Below are positions 24,176-35,581 of a stretch of 64,000 nucleotides of DNA, in pieces; position 1 is the stretch's first letter; each line of letters begins with the position of its first letter. The stretch covers positions 16,988,001 to 17,052,000 of the forward strand of contig NC_042999.1 of assembly GCF_006345805.1 (NCBI RefSeq), read 5' to 3'. A program made the translations under genes and the position numbers. The stretch comes from Octopus sinensis. Its lineage: Eukaryota. The notes beneath the pieces are model-generated. The model was not told the DNA's origin and did not search any database. It was given only the letters and a program-made list of their open reading frames with translations.

Positions 24176-25314
24176 TGTTTTATTATTACCCACAAGGGGC
24201 GAACATAGATGGGACAATACAATCTGATGATGGGGTCAGACACACGAATGGGTTTTTACAATAAATCGAATTTAAAAATTTTCATGAATTACAATAAATG
24301 GACAGAAATCGAATGATGGGACAGACCGGAAGACATTACGGGTGGAGTGGGTGCGGGTTTAGCTCGGACCCCACGAGCCCCGCCTCCCCACTGATACTTT
24401 TGGTTGCGCTTGGTATTACATTTATGTTGTATCTTTCACTCGCAACTTTCGTGCTACATCCTTCCATCGTTCTTCATACACTCTCCTAGTCAGGCATATT
24501 CTCTCCAGCCCTATCTTCCTTTTCAGGTGAAAGATGAAATACTTCATCAAACCAGGGCCGGTGATGAACTTGCCTGACTGTACACCTTTCATTCTCGTCT
24601 TCCATATCACCTCTTTCGCAATTGCTACTACAACGAGAAAACGAAACTTACCTTCATTCACGAGGAAATCCGGTGGGTCAATGTTTGTAATCGACTCAGT
24701 CGACAGCTGTACTCTTCGTGTACCTGACAACAGCTGTTCGGCATAAAACCCACACCTCAGACACGTCCGGACAATGAACAATAGCGTGCGGGACGGTTTC
24801 CCTATCCCGCCCGCATCTTGGACATATCGGACTGTCTTGGCCACCGTGCCTTGCGAGTTTATCCCGAACAGGTAGAGCTCCTCTGTAGCATTGCCATGCC
24901 AGAGACTTCTGGAAGTTGTCCAGTGTCCTCGGCTCGAATGTACGTCGGAACAGACTGGCCAGCTGATTATCGTCGAGACCTAGGGTTTCCCCCAAGGTAT
25001 CTTCACATTCCGCCTCTACCAACCCTCTATAGAAGAATGTGGTGGAACCCCCCACCGCAGGCGTTGCCCGAGCGACGGAATAGCAGGAGAGCCTTGCGAC
25101 ACTCCGTGTACCAAGTACCAAGTTTCGATCTACGATTCAGCCAGGTTTCCCATCCACCGAAACTAGTGAACTTGGGAAACATCAGTTTTGCTAGCGAAGA
25201 CCACACCCGTTCACCATCCAGGTAGAGCCACAGATGTCTTAACCTCAGCGCATGTCTGCGCATCATCAGCCAAGGCATCCCTAGCCCACCCTTTAACGGT
25301 TGTTGACAGCAAGT
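24176..25314 (-). mobile_element. 5'-truncated L1/Tx1-clade LINE (ORF2 C-terminus, 3'UTR, A-rich tail) inserted in the 28-bp array
   Basis: PLKGGLGMP, KSLAWQCYRGALPV, CPRCGRDRETVPHAIVHCP (zf-RVT-like), AKEVIWKTR; frameshifted. Confidence 0.9.
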
Positions 25315-25617
25315 AGAGCTCAAAAAACACATCTTCACCGCATGAGCTCAAAAAACATGTCTTCACCGCATGAGCTCAAAAAACACGTCTTCACCGCATG
25401 AGCTCAAAAAACACGTCTTCACCGCATGAGCTCAAGAAACACGTCTTCACCGCATGAGCTCAAAAACACTTCTTCACCGCATCAGCTCAAAAAACACTTC
25501 TTCACCGCATGAGCTCTACAAACACGTCTTCACCGCATGAGCTCAAAAAACACGTCTTCACCGCATGAGCTCAAAAAACACGTCTTCACCGAATGAGCTC
25601 AAAAAACACGTCTTCAC
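25315..25617 (-). repeat. 28-bp minisatellite continuation, about 11 copies
   Basis: Resumes in register (GAGCTC..) after the LINE insertion. Confidence 0.97.
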
Positions 25618-25641
25618 TAGTCAAGTGATAGCGCGAACTGT
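25607..25641 (-). promoter_or_regulatory. Putative internal Pol II promoter of the retroelement (Inr-like CAGTT plus DPE-like AGACGTG about 27 nt downstream)
   Basis: Minus strand ACAGTTCGCGCTATCACTTGACTAGTGAAGACGTG lies directly inside the TSD; layout resembles invertebrate LINE internal promoters. Confidence 0.5.
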
Positions 25642-25927
25642 CTGCCAACAGTAGTGGCTCTAATGGACATTGAACCACTGATGTAGTACTATTAAAAAGA
25701 AAAATATATTAAATTGTAGGAAAACAAAAGAAAGAGTAAAGTGTTTTATGCTATTTTAAAAATAATTGTGGAAAAGGAAAATAACGAAGAACAATTGTAG
25801 ATAATATATATAACGGTTCAAATGGTACCGCATGGGAGTGTGGCCCACGCAACCATTTTCATTTTTATATAATTTCATCTCATTTATATTCATTTTATGT
25901 TTTTTGTCCCTACTATGGTCTTGTCTC

Positions 25928-26272
25928 GGTAATATTACAGATTAACACCCGCACGATTTTCACTAAGAAAAAAAAAACTCGGATTTTTTGCGTGGAATCA
26001 AGTACCCTGACCTCCTAATATGCTGTAAATCCCAAAAAATCCGAGTTTTTTTTTTTCTTAGTGAAAATCGTGCGGGTGTTAATCTGTAATTTTACCTATT
26101 TACATTTGTGAAGATAAAAAGATACCCTTCCCCCGCCCCTAAACCTAACCCTAACTAACCCTAACCGTAAAAGATATTGAAATGCAATAGATTGATACTA
26201 GGGTCATAATTATGGGTGACAATTTCATATGACACCGCTAGAAAAAAACTGCCATTCAAACCGAAAAGATCC
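25928..26272. mobile_element. Palindromic GGTAA..TTACC MITE (25928-26096) abutting half of a GGATC-family MITE (26097-26272)
   Basis: ~60-bp near-perfect TIRs, followed by sequence matching 14145-14298. Confidence 0.85.
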
Positions 26273-26487
26273 CAATATTCTGTCTATAGGAACGCACTTT
26301 TCCTTCATGTTGTATTTACTCCTCAAATCATATTTCGTATTTAACTATTAAGAAATTTATAGTCGCCTTCCATCTTTAAAGAATTCTCATAAGCTGGCGC
26401 CAGTATAACGTCACAACAAAAATATAAATGCATTCGCGCATATATGCCAATAATGGTGAGACACAACCATACATACATACATACATA

Positions 26488-26716
26488 GAGAAGAGAAACT
26501 GTGTACAGTTGTGGAAATCAGCTGCTCAGCGGATATAGCATAAAGCTAAAGATCAGCGAAAAAAGAATACCTACGCTGAACTATTGAGACATCTGAAGTT
26601 AATCTATCCAGATTACAAGTTCAGGTTTATAACTGTAATTGTTGGGACTTGGTTACGCAACACGTTGCCTAAATACCAATCTTGAGAAATTAATTTTCTC
26701 AAAGCCAGAAATTTAT
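26488..26716 (+). pseudogene. Restriction-like endonuclease domain fragment of an R4/Dong-like non-LTR element
   Basis: REEKLCTVVEISCSAD / IKLKISEK / NTYAELLRHLKLIYPDYKFRFITVIVGT across frameshifts. Confidence 0.6.
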
Positions 26717-26996
26717 CATTTAAGTATATATATGAGCATGTCAAGACATGTAACAATATGCATTAGAATACATACATAAAACAAAACATACAAATCTGTA
26801 CTTATACATACATACATAGAAAAATTCCCTGTTTGTGGTGCTAAAATTCCAATGAAGAAACCCTGAATCCAGGTTAGAAACCGGTCCTTTTTCTATTGCC
26901 AAGAAATCTTGAAATAAAACTGAATGACATACACATACGCACGTATATAAATTTTACATACATACGTACATGCATACACACACGTATATACACACA

Positions 26997-27104
<108 letters not shown>

Positions 27105-27870
27105 CACACATACATATGTATATAAGTAGCAATTTTATGTTCAGCTATACACCTTGCAGTATGTTGTTTAAAGCCTGTTCACAGTATTCGGTTACCTTTG
27201 AGTCCGTACTGTTAATAAAACCATGAGAGAAACAAAATGGAATTCACGAGAATCTCACCAGCACGGTACCGATGCATGATGGGACGAAACGAACGCAAAG
27301 ACATGACAACAAAACAAAATGTTGTGCTTGTAGCATTCATTACTCTGTCAGGAAATCCTGCTGTGAAAAAGTCTTGCGTTGCAGAAAGATTGTCCAAAAA
27401 TAGCTACGTGAATTCCATTTTCATTCCCTCGTATTATAGGTACATACATGCATACATACATGCATACATACATACATATATATATATGTAAGTGTATGTG
27501 TTTGTTTGCGTATGGTGTGTGCGTATAATATATAAATGCATTACAAAAAAGTAAATAAAATATATTTATACCTTTTAGTCGGTTCGATCGAGATAAAACA
27601 AAAGCATTAACACACGAAAATGAACAGAGAAAGAGAGAGTAATGGTAAAAATAGACAAAATGACAGCCAATGAGACACATTTCAAATCATAGAAATCAAT
27701 TTGCCTCCATTTTAACTTTTACAGATGGCATAAAAATTCCTTGCATGAAGAGCTATTTTATGACAAAACTTTAACTTGTTTGAACACACATACACTCATA
27801 CACACACATTCCCACACTCATACACACACATTCACACACTCATACACAAACATTCACACAGACACATACA

Positions 27871-27909
<39 letters not shown>

Positions 27910-27914
27910 GTGTG

Positions 27915-28253
27915 TGTTAGTTTGGCAACTAAGCAACGTTTTTTTTTTATTTTGGAATTTATCTGGTTTTTAAATTTTGGAATCTATTTTTTTTTTCGAG
28001 AATTCTATTTTTGAATCATTTTATAATCTATCCGGCTTTTGTTTTTTCTAGTTAATTTTTGTTTATTTTCAGATTATTAAAATGTCAAGTTAAGAAAAAC
28101 GAGTATTTTCGAGACGTCCTTCCTTTTGGTTTTGATCAAGTTTCTACGGCCGCAAAAGCTGATCGCGACGTTTGTACTGTGTATGGAGAGGGTGCCATTG
28201 CTGAAAGAACCGTTCGTGATTGGTATGCCAAGTCCAAAAATGGAAATTTTGAT
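27915..28253 (+). mobile_element. Mariner 5' fragment (TIR plus HTH), cut off by a SINE tail
   Basis: TTAGTTTGGCAACTAAG TIR-like start; KNEYFR..AAKADRDVCTVYGEGAIAERTVRDWYAKSKNGNFD. Confidence 0.8.
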
Positions 28254-28485
28254 ATAATCGACTTTATCCATTTGTCTGTGCTTGCTTGTTCCCCCTGTGT
28301 GTGGCCCCTTGTGGGCAATAAAGAAATAAGAAAGTTAGAACGCTGATGGTCTAGGCCGGTTCTGCTTTATTATTCTTTCTGGATTTCTTACCACATTCAA
28401 AGATGATCATTACCCAGTTTATTTTTCTCACAGGATTATTATATTGGCAATAAGCGATTGAAAATGGCTAGTTTGGAATTTGCCA
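28254..28485 (+). repeat. SINE tail plus ~160-bp flank, duplicated in inverted orientation at ~31200-31440
   Basis: AAAGTTAGAACGCTGATGGTCTAGGCC..GCAATAAGCGATTGAAAATGGCTAGTTTGGAATT is present as a reverse complement at 31208-31362. Confidence 0.85.
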
Positions 28486-29048
28486 GAGTTAAAGTAAACT
28501 ACTCTATACCGTATATGGTCACAAACTATGACAACGAAACAAAATGTTTTGCCTGTGGCATTCTGTAATCTGTCAGGAAATTTTGCTGAGAAAAACGCTT
28601 GCATTGCAGAGAGATTGTTCAAAAATAGGGCTATTCTCTTCTTACATTACTAACCCGTAACGTATCTGTCTGAGTTGAACTCAATTCAAAAATGAGAAAA
28701 TGTCTTACTATCGATCAGACGTCATGCCCACCCTTGACAAACTCTCACATTATTCGAATGTCTTAATGACGTCACAGAAGCAATGTTGTATGCAATTTGC
28801 CGTGCTTCTTGGAAACCCGACAATCTTTTTGTCACTATGGAGTTACAGAATAGACACAGTTTGAACTGATAGAGAAATTCGTTCTCAGTTGTGAAACATA
28901 AAAGATGCAGTTTGCAGATTGTCAAAATTCAAATAACATTATTGTTGTGTTTCGAGGTTTTCCACCTAAACTTATCGAGATTACGAAAACTCACTTTGTA
29001 ATGTCTACTATGCCTCATGAGGAGGAAGATCAACTGCAACCTTTTAAA

Positions 29049-29257
29049 ACACCGGCATAAACAAAGACGCAAAGGAACAAACCAAATCCCGCCTTAATAT
29101 AGAGGATCGTGTGGACTGCTTTGCCATCCGAACGCCGCCACATTACACTTAAGGCCCATAAATCCGTCTTCCTCTCCAACCCAAATGCAGTCTGATCAAC
29201 CCCTCTAAAATTGAGATAGGCATCAGCAATCGTATTCTTGATCCTAGCAAATTTCAA
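29049..29257. repeat. ~205-bp direct repeat of 31011-31215
   Basis: ACACCGG.ATAAACAAAGACGCAAAGGAACAA..GGCATCAGCAATC.TATTCTTGATCCTAGC in both. Confidence 0.9.
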
Positions 29258-30565
29258 ATGCTGCTTGAATCTATTAGGATTACGTGACCCAATGGATTGT
29301 GATGCTATTAATAAAAGGAAATATGTTGAATTATCGTTCTAATTACTTATCCGCATCAGCGGTGATACTGTTTGAATATTAGATGTTATCGGTACAATAT
29401 TTTATCAACTCCAGAAGTTTGAGGCAAAGAAGCTCTCGCCTACATTCAAACTCAGAACGTAAAGAAGCAGGACACAGAACAGAATATATTTCCTCCGGTG
29501 CTCGAGCGAATCTGCAATCCACTACCGTTATTTCACGCTCTTACTAAGGGAATGGGTTTCATATAAATATATATACATGATAAAGCGGCGAGTTAGCAGA
29601 ATCATTAAAACGTTCAACATAATGTGTAGCAGAATTTTTACGTTTTGAGTTCAAACTCTGCTGTGGTCGATTTTTACCTTTTATCGTTTTTGGGACAATA
29701 AAATTGGTAGTGGGTAGAGCACTGGGTTCCTTAAAATTACAGGCCTTGTACATATAACAGAAAGTCTTATGAACACATGCAATCCTTAACTTTGGAATTA
29801 TAGTTTTGTGATAACGAGTAATATTAGAAAATAGGGAATAACATATAGTAATTATAATTTAACATTTGTTAAATTTCTTGGCGCTTATACGAAATGATAA
29901 AATGATAAAATGAATACTAATTTCGAAATGAAAAATATTTATTGCCTTCAAATATAATTAAATAAAACGAAGTTCTCATTTGTACAACCCATCTGATAAT
30001 TACTGTCATTTATTTCGCTCCTCTTCCTTCTTTACTTCTATCATTCCTTCTCACACTTCTAAGACAAGTTTCATTTTCCTGCGTCGTATACAAACTCATT
30101 AAATCTTTTACTTCCCCCTTATATTTGGGTAAATTTGAAAATGTTTATAATTATCGGAAGTACGGAACATTAAAATAAAATAATGCCTGCTCTGCAGTTT
30201 TTCGAATAATTTCGCATTTTAAGTTCAACGAATGAAATTCATATTAATAAATTGTTTTGCTCTAAATGCTTCCTGCTTCTTTTGCAATCATTTCCTTAAA
30301 TGAAATATCGGAGCATGTATCAAATCCCGTCCTTGTTTCATCTGAATATCTGCAGTATATAACATTATCCATTAAGGGAATGGGTTTCATATAAACATAT
30401 ATCTGTGTTTGTATGCATGTGTGTATGTATGTATGTATGTATGCATGCATATATATATGTGTGCCTGTATGTGTGATTGTCTCCCTCAGTCCGGCATTCG
30501 CTATGATAGATCGCTAGCCACTATACCTTTTTCTATTTTCTCTCTCTCTATTTATTTCTGTGTTA

Positions 30566-30601
30566 CTTTCTGACGAAGAGCGTAGATTCGAAACGTAAAA
30601 G
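30566..30601 (+). ncRNA. Ultra-minimal hammerhead motif (Penelope-type)
   Basis: CUUU-CUGACGA-A-GAGC-gua-GAUUC-GAAAC-GUA|AAAG; stem II has one mismatch; same family as 49914-49949. Confidence 0.55.
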
Positions 30602-31361
30602 ACTTTCTCACTTCCCAAGCCTTAAACTAATACATCGTTTTCGTCTTTTTTGGTTTTGGTAAATTGTCCCTATGCATTATGTATGTATATCTGTCTGTCT
30701 ATCTATCTGTCTGTCTGTCTTGCGTTTCCACAATTTGTAGGTTTAAATGGATTATCACATTTGCAAATCAGTGTGATTAAAGCGTGTTTACTTAATGTAT
30801 TACATATCCTTTCCTACCCATCTGCACTTAATTCTCATCAGCATGCTTTGGGTACAGGGGATATCACATATTTCTAAGATTTTGGCATTGGATATCTTAT
30901 CTTGCCATTTTATGCTGCATACGTTGCAGCATATAACACTTCCACAAACTCATGACTTCTTAAAAGTGCCATCACCAAAACAAAGAAGAAAACGGGTAAT
31001 TCCACACACACACCGGTATAAACAAAGACGCAAAGGAACAAGCCAGATCCCGCCTTAATATAGAGGATCGTGTGGACTGCTTTGCCATGCGAACGCCACC
31101 ACATTACACTTAAGGCCCATAAGTCCATCTCCCTCTCCAACCCAAATGCAGTCTGATCAACCCCTCTAAAAGTGAAATAGGCATCAGCAATCATATTCTT
31201 GATCCTAGCCAATTCCAAACTAGCCATTTTCAATCGCTTATTGCCAATATAATAATCTTGTGAGAAAGAGAAATTGGTTAATGATCATCTTTGAATGTAG
31301 TGAGAAATCCAGCAAGAATAATTAAACATAAACGGCCTAGACCCTCAGCGCTCTAACTTTT

Positions 31362-31758
31362 TTTATTTCTTTACTGCTCACAAGGGGCTACACACAGAGG
31401 GGACAAACAAGGACAGACAAACGGCTTAAGTCGATTATATCGACTCCAGTGCGTAACTGGTACTTAATTTATCGACCCCGAAAGGATGAAAGGCAAAGTC
31501 GACCTTGGCAGAATTTGAACTCAGAACATAACAGCAGACGAAATACCTATTTCTTTACTACCCACATGGGGCTACATACAGAGAGGACAAACAAACGGAT
31601 TAAGTCTACTACATCGACCCCAGTGCGTAACTGGTACTTATTTAATCGACCCCGAAAGGATGAAAGGCAACTTTGACCTCGGCAGAATTTGAACTCAGAA
31701 CGTTGCGACAGACGAAATTTCCCCCGGCGTGCTAACGTTTCTGCCAGCTCGCCGCCTT
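31362..31758 (-). mobile_element. Family A SINE tandem dimer
   Basis: Head plus body plus tail A, then a second body plus tail A. Confidence 0.9.
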
Positions 31759-34700
31759 AGTTTCTTAATTTCCAATATTTTTACCTGCAACCATTGAGTT
31801 CTAATTCAGCAAACTGACTATTAACCCTTGATGATCTCACCGGTGCGAGAAAGCCTACTAAAGCAATAGTTACAAATTTATTCAATAATAATAACAATTG
31901 ATAATTGAAAAACAAAATTATATTTAGTGTATATATTTATACGAAAAATGTGATGCAGTTTATGTTACATAATTTAACATTACATACCCCAAAATTCAGT
32001 TCAATTTGTTATTTTAAAACCTTTGAAAAATCATTAGAATTTTAGGAGGTAATTATTCAATCTTCAGGATTAAATAATTAATGAAATGTTATCTGTACAA
32101 AACAAGGATTGTGATGCAATATATTCTTTATTAATTTAAAATAGCCAATTAGAAAATAATTCACTACGTATCATCTTGTTTTGTGGCTCAAAACAAATTG
32201 TTTGGCGGTGGGACAAATAATCGTCGGTTTGTCTCGAGATTTATATGTTATCTTTAAAGCATAATTCCCTTCTCCTGCTAACCATAATTTTGTTGTTCGT
32301 TTGGTTTTCTTAGAGTTTCTTCTGTTCAATTTAGTTTATTTTTACTTCTTCATTTGTCAGCAATATTTTCCATTAAACTATTTTATCAACCATTGAAAAA
32401 TAATTGTAAAATCAAGAAAGGTCAAAATTAGTCGAGCAGGATGTTCCTGAATTGTAAATGACTACAAATTAGACAAAAAAACACAGACAATTAAGTATAT
32501 CTTATAACACACTCCACGTCCACATACACATATTCACACACACATACATACACACATCAGCAATCGTATTCTTGATCCTATCTACTCCGATATCCGAATA
32601 GCATCCCCAAGGCTTATATATATAACTAATCGCCTATAAACAGGAAGTTCTGAGCAATTATTTGTAGATATACAACAGATTTTGTAAAAGCTGTGCTAAT
32701 AATGCGACCTTGCTTATATCCAATATTTTATTCCATGGATGAGATTTATTTGCACGGAAGAGGAATATACGAGCCATCATCTTTGTTTCAATTGCAATCG
32801 ACATGTTAAAACACAGAACCGAAGATTAAAATTCTTGGTTTATGTGTAATATTCTACAGAATATTCTAAACGCGTTCACGTAACAATGTTTTGTTCCTAA
32901 ATTTCAGCAAAAATAAAAAAAAGTCCTCTTGTTTTTTTTCCATGTCATCTATCATCGTTACCTGTAATTACTTTGTGACTGGCAATTTTCTGCACAATTC
33001 TGAAATGTCGCCTTTAATTTCATGATAATTTGATCTCCGACATGAAGGGGTAAATTTTAGTACTTTTTACTAAATATTCATTTCTCGTATCGTTAAAGTT
33101 GGTTTCAATAAATTTAATACTTTTATTACTTTTAGCTTTTCCAATTTGTTTAGTTGCACTGGATATCTCACCTCCTCTGAAAAGAGTTAAAATCGGGTAT
33201 GATAATTACCTTCGTTTTAACTGATAGTCTTTCCAGCTCTATTTACTCTACGGTGCAGGTTTTGTCGTCTAAAATTGTTAAATGTGTTTTCGTATTTCAT
33301 ACATTTTTTTTTTGAGAGAAGATCTTTCTCTGATTATTTTGCGTCTTGAAAGTCGATTCATCTTTAATGGTGTACATTTAATTCCTAATGTATTTTTTAA
33401 TTTTAGCTTGAAAAATATTTCAATAATATTTAGCTTAAAATTTGAAACCCAATTACGATTACGAGCAAATTATGATCTTGTTCCGACAGATTGTAATTTG
33501 ATCTTCTTTAATCATTCATTCACAATGTAGTGTTGGAATTATGTATCTTTTAGAATTTCTCGACCAGTTATTGGTTATTATCCACTCTTTGAATATGCGT
33601 AGTTCTTCATTTTCATATTTCTTCTAGAAAATATTTTAAAAGTGTTTTGACGAGTTATTCTAACTTATGTTCTCATTTCGTCACCAGTGATTTATGAATT
33701 AGTTTTCTCATAAGAACTGTTGAACTATTATTAGTTCCTTTGAGACCACAACAAATAAAACCGATTCTTGAAGAACCATGGAAACAAAAGCGACTAAAAG
33801 AAAATATCGTTAGACATGTGTGGCAAGAAATAGCATTGCTAAAACTAAAACTTTGAAAACTACAAGCAAAGACGTTCAACCCAACATTTCTAATAACAAT
33901 TGATCATGAAATTAAAGACATTTCAAAATTCTGTTGAAAATAGCCGCACAAAGCGAATTTATTTCATAAAGTTAACGATGATGGAACGTTTCTTCGAAAG
34001 AAAATTATCCTTCCCCTAAAGGTAAGAACTAATAACGTGATGACTTCAATGATCGTATTTTCAATAAACCAGATAATATTCAGGCACACGCAAATTTATT
34101 TACAAGTTATTTTAAAATTACACTCGATATAAAAATATAGCAACTCTTTTAATCCTTGTATATTAAACTTATTATCAATAAGGTCGCTAGCTCCAAAATA
34201 TGTTGTATCGGGACGATATATTATTATTATCGCATCCAAAGGACGGTTACATTGTAGACACTCTTGTATGTGACATCATAATCACATCAAATAACCACTA
34301 CTAAAAACTAGTTTAGGTCCTACCCCTACATAGACAGACCTCTTAAATGCTTCGGAAAGCTTACAAACCATTCCAAGTTACAACGAGTAAGTAGGTTTTA
34401 TAAACACTCCCGTGACAACCTGTTTTCTCAGATATAAATGATATATTTCTAAAATGTTTCCACGAAAGTAATTTTTAAGAAAACTGCAATCTAAAACAAT
34501 AGGCTTTTAGTAAACATAATTTTATGAGGAGATGGTTCTACTTCCCTCAAATTATAGGCTCTGTATTTCAGAAAGAGGTACAAAAAAGTATCTGATTTGC
34601 GTCATTGTTTTCCGCTAATGTTCAGTTCAGTGTAAGTATTAAATTTTAGGCATTTCTTAGATAAGCTTTTTCCGGAAAATTTGTAATATGTGAAAATTTG

Positions 34701-35164
34701 CTGCGCACAATCATTAGTGTCTCCGGTCCTAATACTCAAATTTCATGGTTATATAAGTGACCAAACTCACAACACTCCTAAATGAGATGCATATCCGTCG
34801 CAAAATTTCAGTTTCATGCTCAAAGAAACACAATGCATCGCCTGTCCCAAGAATCGAAACGTCGGTCATGTCTATGACATATAAATGAGTAAATGGTGTA
34901 AACAGTTTTACCAGTAAGCTAATCTAAGATTGTGTACTAGGTTGTTCGCGTAAGAAGACTCAAATATACCCTTCAAAGTGTCTATGCAACATGAAATCAA
35001 TGGTGTATAAAATCGAAATTACCAAGAGCAAACTACATAGACCATGTGTATATCAATATGTTTGAATTTAAATTTAAGCTCAAGAATTATACACACAACA
35101 CGTCCTTCAGATTCCTTTGAAAGCGGGTTCCCATTTGCCAGTCATATTTAGAAATTGCGATTGT

Positions 35165-35581
35165 TAGGCGGCGAGCTGGCAGGCATGTTAGCGCGCCGAG
35201 CGAAATGCTTAGCAGTATTTCGTCTGCCGTTACGTTCTGAGTTCAAATTCCACCGAGGTCGACTTTGCCTTTCATCCTTTCGGGATCGATAAATTGAGTA
35301 CTAGTTACGTACTGGGGTCGATATAATTGACTTAATCCGTTTGTCTGTCCTTGTTTGTCTCCTCCGTGTTTAGACTCTTGTGGGTAGTAAAGAAATAGGT
35401 ATTTCACCTGTCGTTACGTTCTGCGTTCAAATTCCGGCGAGGTCGACTTTGCCTTTCATCCTTTCGGGGTCGATTAAATAAAGTACCAGTTACGCACTGA
35501 GGTCGATGTAATCGACTTAATCCCTTTGTCTGTCCTTGTTTGTCGCCTCTATGTTTAGCCCCTTGTGGACAATAAAGAAAT
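35165..35581 (+). mobile_element. Family A SINE tandem dimer with short TSD
   Basis: Second unit restarts at AGGTATTTC; flanks ATATT(T/C)AGAAATTG. Confidence 0.9.

Larger units (their letters stand above)
21220..25642 (-). mobile_element. ORF1-only (half-L1-like) non-autonomous L1/Tx1-type retrotransposon with 20-bp TSD
   Basis: TSD TGCCACCAGTAGTGGATCTA (21198-21217) / TGCCAACAGTAGTGGCTCTA (25643-25662). Order on the minus strand: 5' CAGTT start, repeat array, ORF1, ~330-bp 3'UTR, AATAAATAAA tail, with no ORF2 after ORF1. Confidence 0.8.

Noticed and set aside
24222-24256. CTGATGA..GAAT hammerhead-like motif in the LINE 3'UTR
   Set aside because: No GAAA, and stems I and III do not form.
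22874-25617. CRISPR-like array of 28-bp repeats
   Set aside because: Units are contiguous with no unique spacers, there are no cas genes, and the context is a eukaryotic retroelement.
26140-26167. TAACCC telomere-like repeats
   Set aside because: Only a few imperfect units, internal to the GGATC MITE family.
32200-34000. Possible decayed DNA-transposase sequence (also 50160-50460, hAT-like, and 11000-11830, 13100-13790 and 15480-15850, LINE-like)
   Set aside because: Too degraded to assign by eye; needs a translated search against Dfam or Repbase.
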